This document shows, piece by piece, positions 62,518-64,000 of a stretch of 64,000 nucleotides of DNA. Under the pieces are notes generated by a model. The model was not told the origin of the DNA. It did no database searches and worked only from the letters and a program-made list of their open reading frames with translations. Position 1 is the stretch's first letter. Each line of letters begins with the position of its first letter. The stretch comes from Flectonema sp. DT1601. Taxonomy: Eukaryota. The stretch covers positions 1,364,001 through 1,428,000 of the forward strand of contig OZ025787.1 of assembly GCA_964019425.1 (NCBI GenBank). Reading direction: 5' to 3'. The position numbers and the translations under genes are program-made.

Positions 62518-64000
62518 ATGAGATCCCTTCCTTGGGTGCTGCTTGCAGCGACCCTCTGCAGTGCTGACAACACGATTTGCCCGAACTGGGAAACAGACCC
62601 TGCCAGTTGCCTTAAGAAGTACAACGTAGTTTGGAATGACCTGCTTCCTGAACCTAGGGATACTTTCATAAATACAATGCCATTGGGTAATGGAAGACTA
62701 ACAGCGAATGTGTACTCTAATGGAGAGGACTCTGTTAGTTTATTATTTGCAGCAAGTGATGCATGGAATGAAGGATCTGATTTGATAAAAGTTGGGACTG
62801 TTACCGTTCAGTTCGAACCACAACCACCAAAGGGTCACTTCAAGCAGTACATTGACTTAGCCACGGCAACTGTGTTTGTGGAGATGGGAGACTTGCAAGT
62901 GTCGATGTACATTGATGCGAATAGTAACACTACTGTTGTGGATTACAACAACACGAAGTACACTGCCAAGGCAACTGCCTCGTTGGCTCGTCCTCAAGCT
63001 CAGTCTGTCCAGGGTCAGTTTGAGTGTCAGGCATACAACATCAGTGCTGACGGTAGTGCTGAAAATGGAGCAGCTTTCTACCATCGGAATCAGGGATTCC
63101 CTGAACAAGATTACTTCAAGAACATGGTCGAGGAACAAAACCTCGGCCCCAAAGCCTACGCATCGATGCCTAACTTGTTAGTAAACAGAACTACTGGTGG
63201 GTACATTACTACTTCTGGTTCAATGACTCTCATTACGATATTAACAAAACAAACTAACACTGTAGAGGATTGGGTCTCTGCTGTCAAGGCTGAAGTCGTC
63301 ACTCCGAATCAAGAAGGTCACGTGAAGTGGTGGAATTCGTTTTGGCAGCGTTCGTACATTGAGGTTTCTGACTTTAATGTAACATCGAAGTACGTATTAC
63401 AGAGATTCCTGCAAGCATGCCAGGCCAGGTCTCCATTTCCCCTGAAATTTAATGGAATGTTGTTCACGGCGACACACAAGATGGATGTGCGTGGCTGGGG
63501 TGGTCGCAACTGGTGGCAGAACCTCCGTCTTCCGTACTACAACATGTTGTCAACTGGTGACACTGACATGTTGTTCACTCTGTTGGATGGTTTTCATAAA
63601 ACACTTCCTCTTGCTAAGGCAAGAACTGAACATTATTTCAACATCACTGGTGCTTACTGGCCGGAATACACTGATGCTCTATTTGGTACTACACACGCTC
63701 AGTCATACGGGTGTGGACGTGCTGGAAAGACTGACCCACCCTACTGGTACAACTCTGATCGTTGGAACCACTACAACGTTCAGGGAAGTTTGGATCTTTC
63801 CTTATTTGCGATTGATTACCTCACTCACACTGGTAAGTCTGGAGAGTACATGGACATCGTTGTTAATGTCTTGGAGTTCTTCGCTCAGTGGAGACCTGCT
63901 AGAGATGCTCAGGGTAAGATGATACTCTTCCCGACCCAATCATGTGAAACTTGGCAATGTCCTGGATTCCCACCAGACCCGAATAACTGCGCTACTAATG
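62518..64000 (+). CDS. GH95-like / DUF5703 hydrolase, tandem copy 2 (runs off the window end)
   Basis: Near-identical to the CDS starting at 59409, offset 3109 nt; frame open to the window end. Absent from the ORF track because no stop is reached. Confidence 0.88.
   Translation, partial: MRSLPWVLLAATLCSADNTICPNWETDPASCLKKYNVVWNDLLPEPRDTFINTMPLGNGRLTANVYSNGEDSVSLLFAASDAWNEGSDLIKVGTVTVQFEPQPPKGHFKQYIDLATATVFVEMGDLQVSMYIDANSNTTVVDYNNTKYTAKATASLARPQAQSVQGQFECQAYNISADGSAENGAAFYHRNQGFPEQDYFKNMVEEQNLGPKAYASMPNLLVNRTTGGYITTSGSMTLITILTKQTNTVEDWVSAVKAEVVTPNQEGHVKWWNSFWQRSYIEVSDFNVTSKYVLQRFLQACQARSPFPLKFNGMLFTATHKMDVRGWGGRNWWQNLRLPYYNMLSTGDTDMLFTLLDGFHKTLPLAKARTEHYFNITGAYWPEYTDALFGTTHAQSYGCGRAGKTDPPYWYNSDRWNHYNVQGSLDLSLFAIDYLTHTGKSGEYMDIVVNVLEFFAQWRPARDAQGKMILFPTQSCETWQCPGFPPDPNNCATN

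Noticed and set aside
14439..64000. A dedicated glycan-metabolism gene cluster (GT23-like, WSC-GDT1, GH propeller, sulfotransferases, GH95-like)
   Set aside because: The genes are interspersed with unrelated housekeeping genes, and co-orientation is shared by all genes here, so it is no evidence of a functional cluster.
1..64000. CRISPR arrays, rRNA, intact tRNA, transposase or reverse transcriptase ORFs
   Set aside because: No regularly spaced repeats, rRNA-like sequence, complete cloverleaf or mobile-element coding motifs were seen.

Overview
AT-rich eukaryotic nuclear DNA, most likely from a free-living euglenozoan (diplonemid-like). This is inferred from three things: about 26 credible genes all on the + strand (polycistronic-type layout), trypanosomatid-type adenylate cyclase and calpain-like proteins, and short GT-AG introns. 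Seven introns (58-85 nt) can be placed exactly and join split ORFs into six spliced genes. Recognisable housekeeping genes are TCF25/Rqc1, an S10 carboxypeptidase, two ribosomal P1 copies, a polyamine/APC transporter, PEX10, axonemal p28 (DNALI1), and CAP-Gly and MYND proteins. Glycan-related genes are a GT23-like glycosyltransferase, two sulfotransferases, a beta-propeller glycosidase and two tandem GH95/DUF5703-like hydrolases. An iGluR-like channel lacking the amino-terminal domain is also present. The most notable items are: (1) a receptor adenylate cyclase whose ectodomain is an apparently catalytically dead 5'-nucleotidase, a candidate extracellular nucleotide sensor; (2) a FYVE + poly-Pro + WH2/central/acidic-Trp protein resembling an endosomal Arp2/3 activator; (3) a WSC-WSC fusion to a motif-degenerate GDT1/TMEM165 transporter; (4) introns that end in A/C-rich rather than pyrimidine-rich tracts; (5) near-identical hydrolase duplicates that differ in dense patches at likely active-site loops. 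Intergenic DNA carries short dispersed repeats, hairpins and long poly-A/T runs. All family assignments come from motif recognition by eye; no searches were run.
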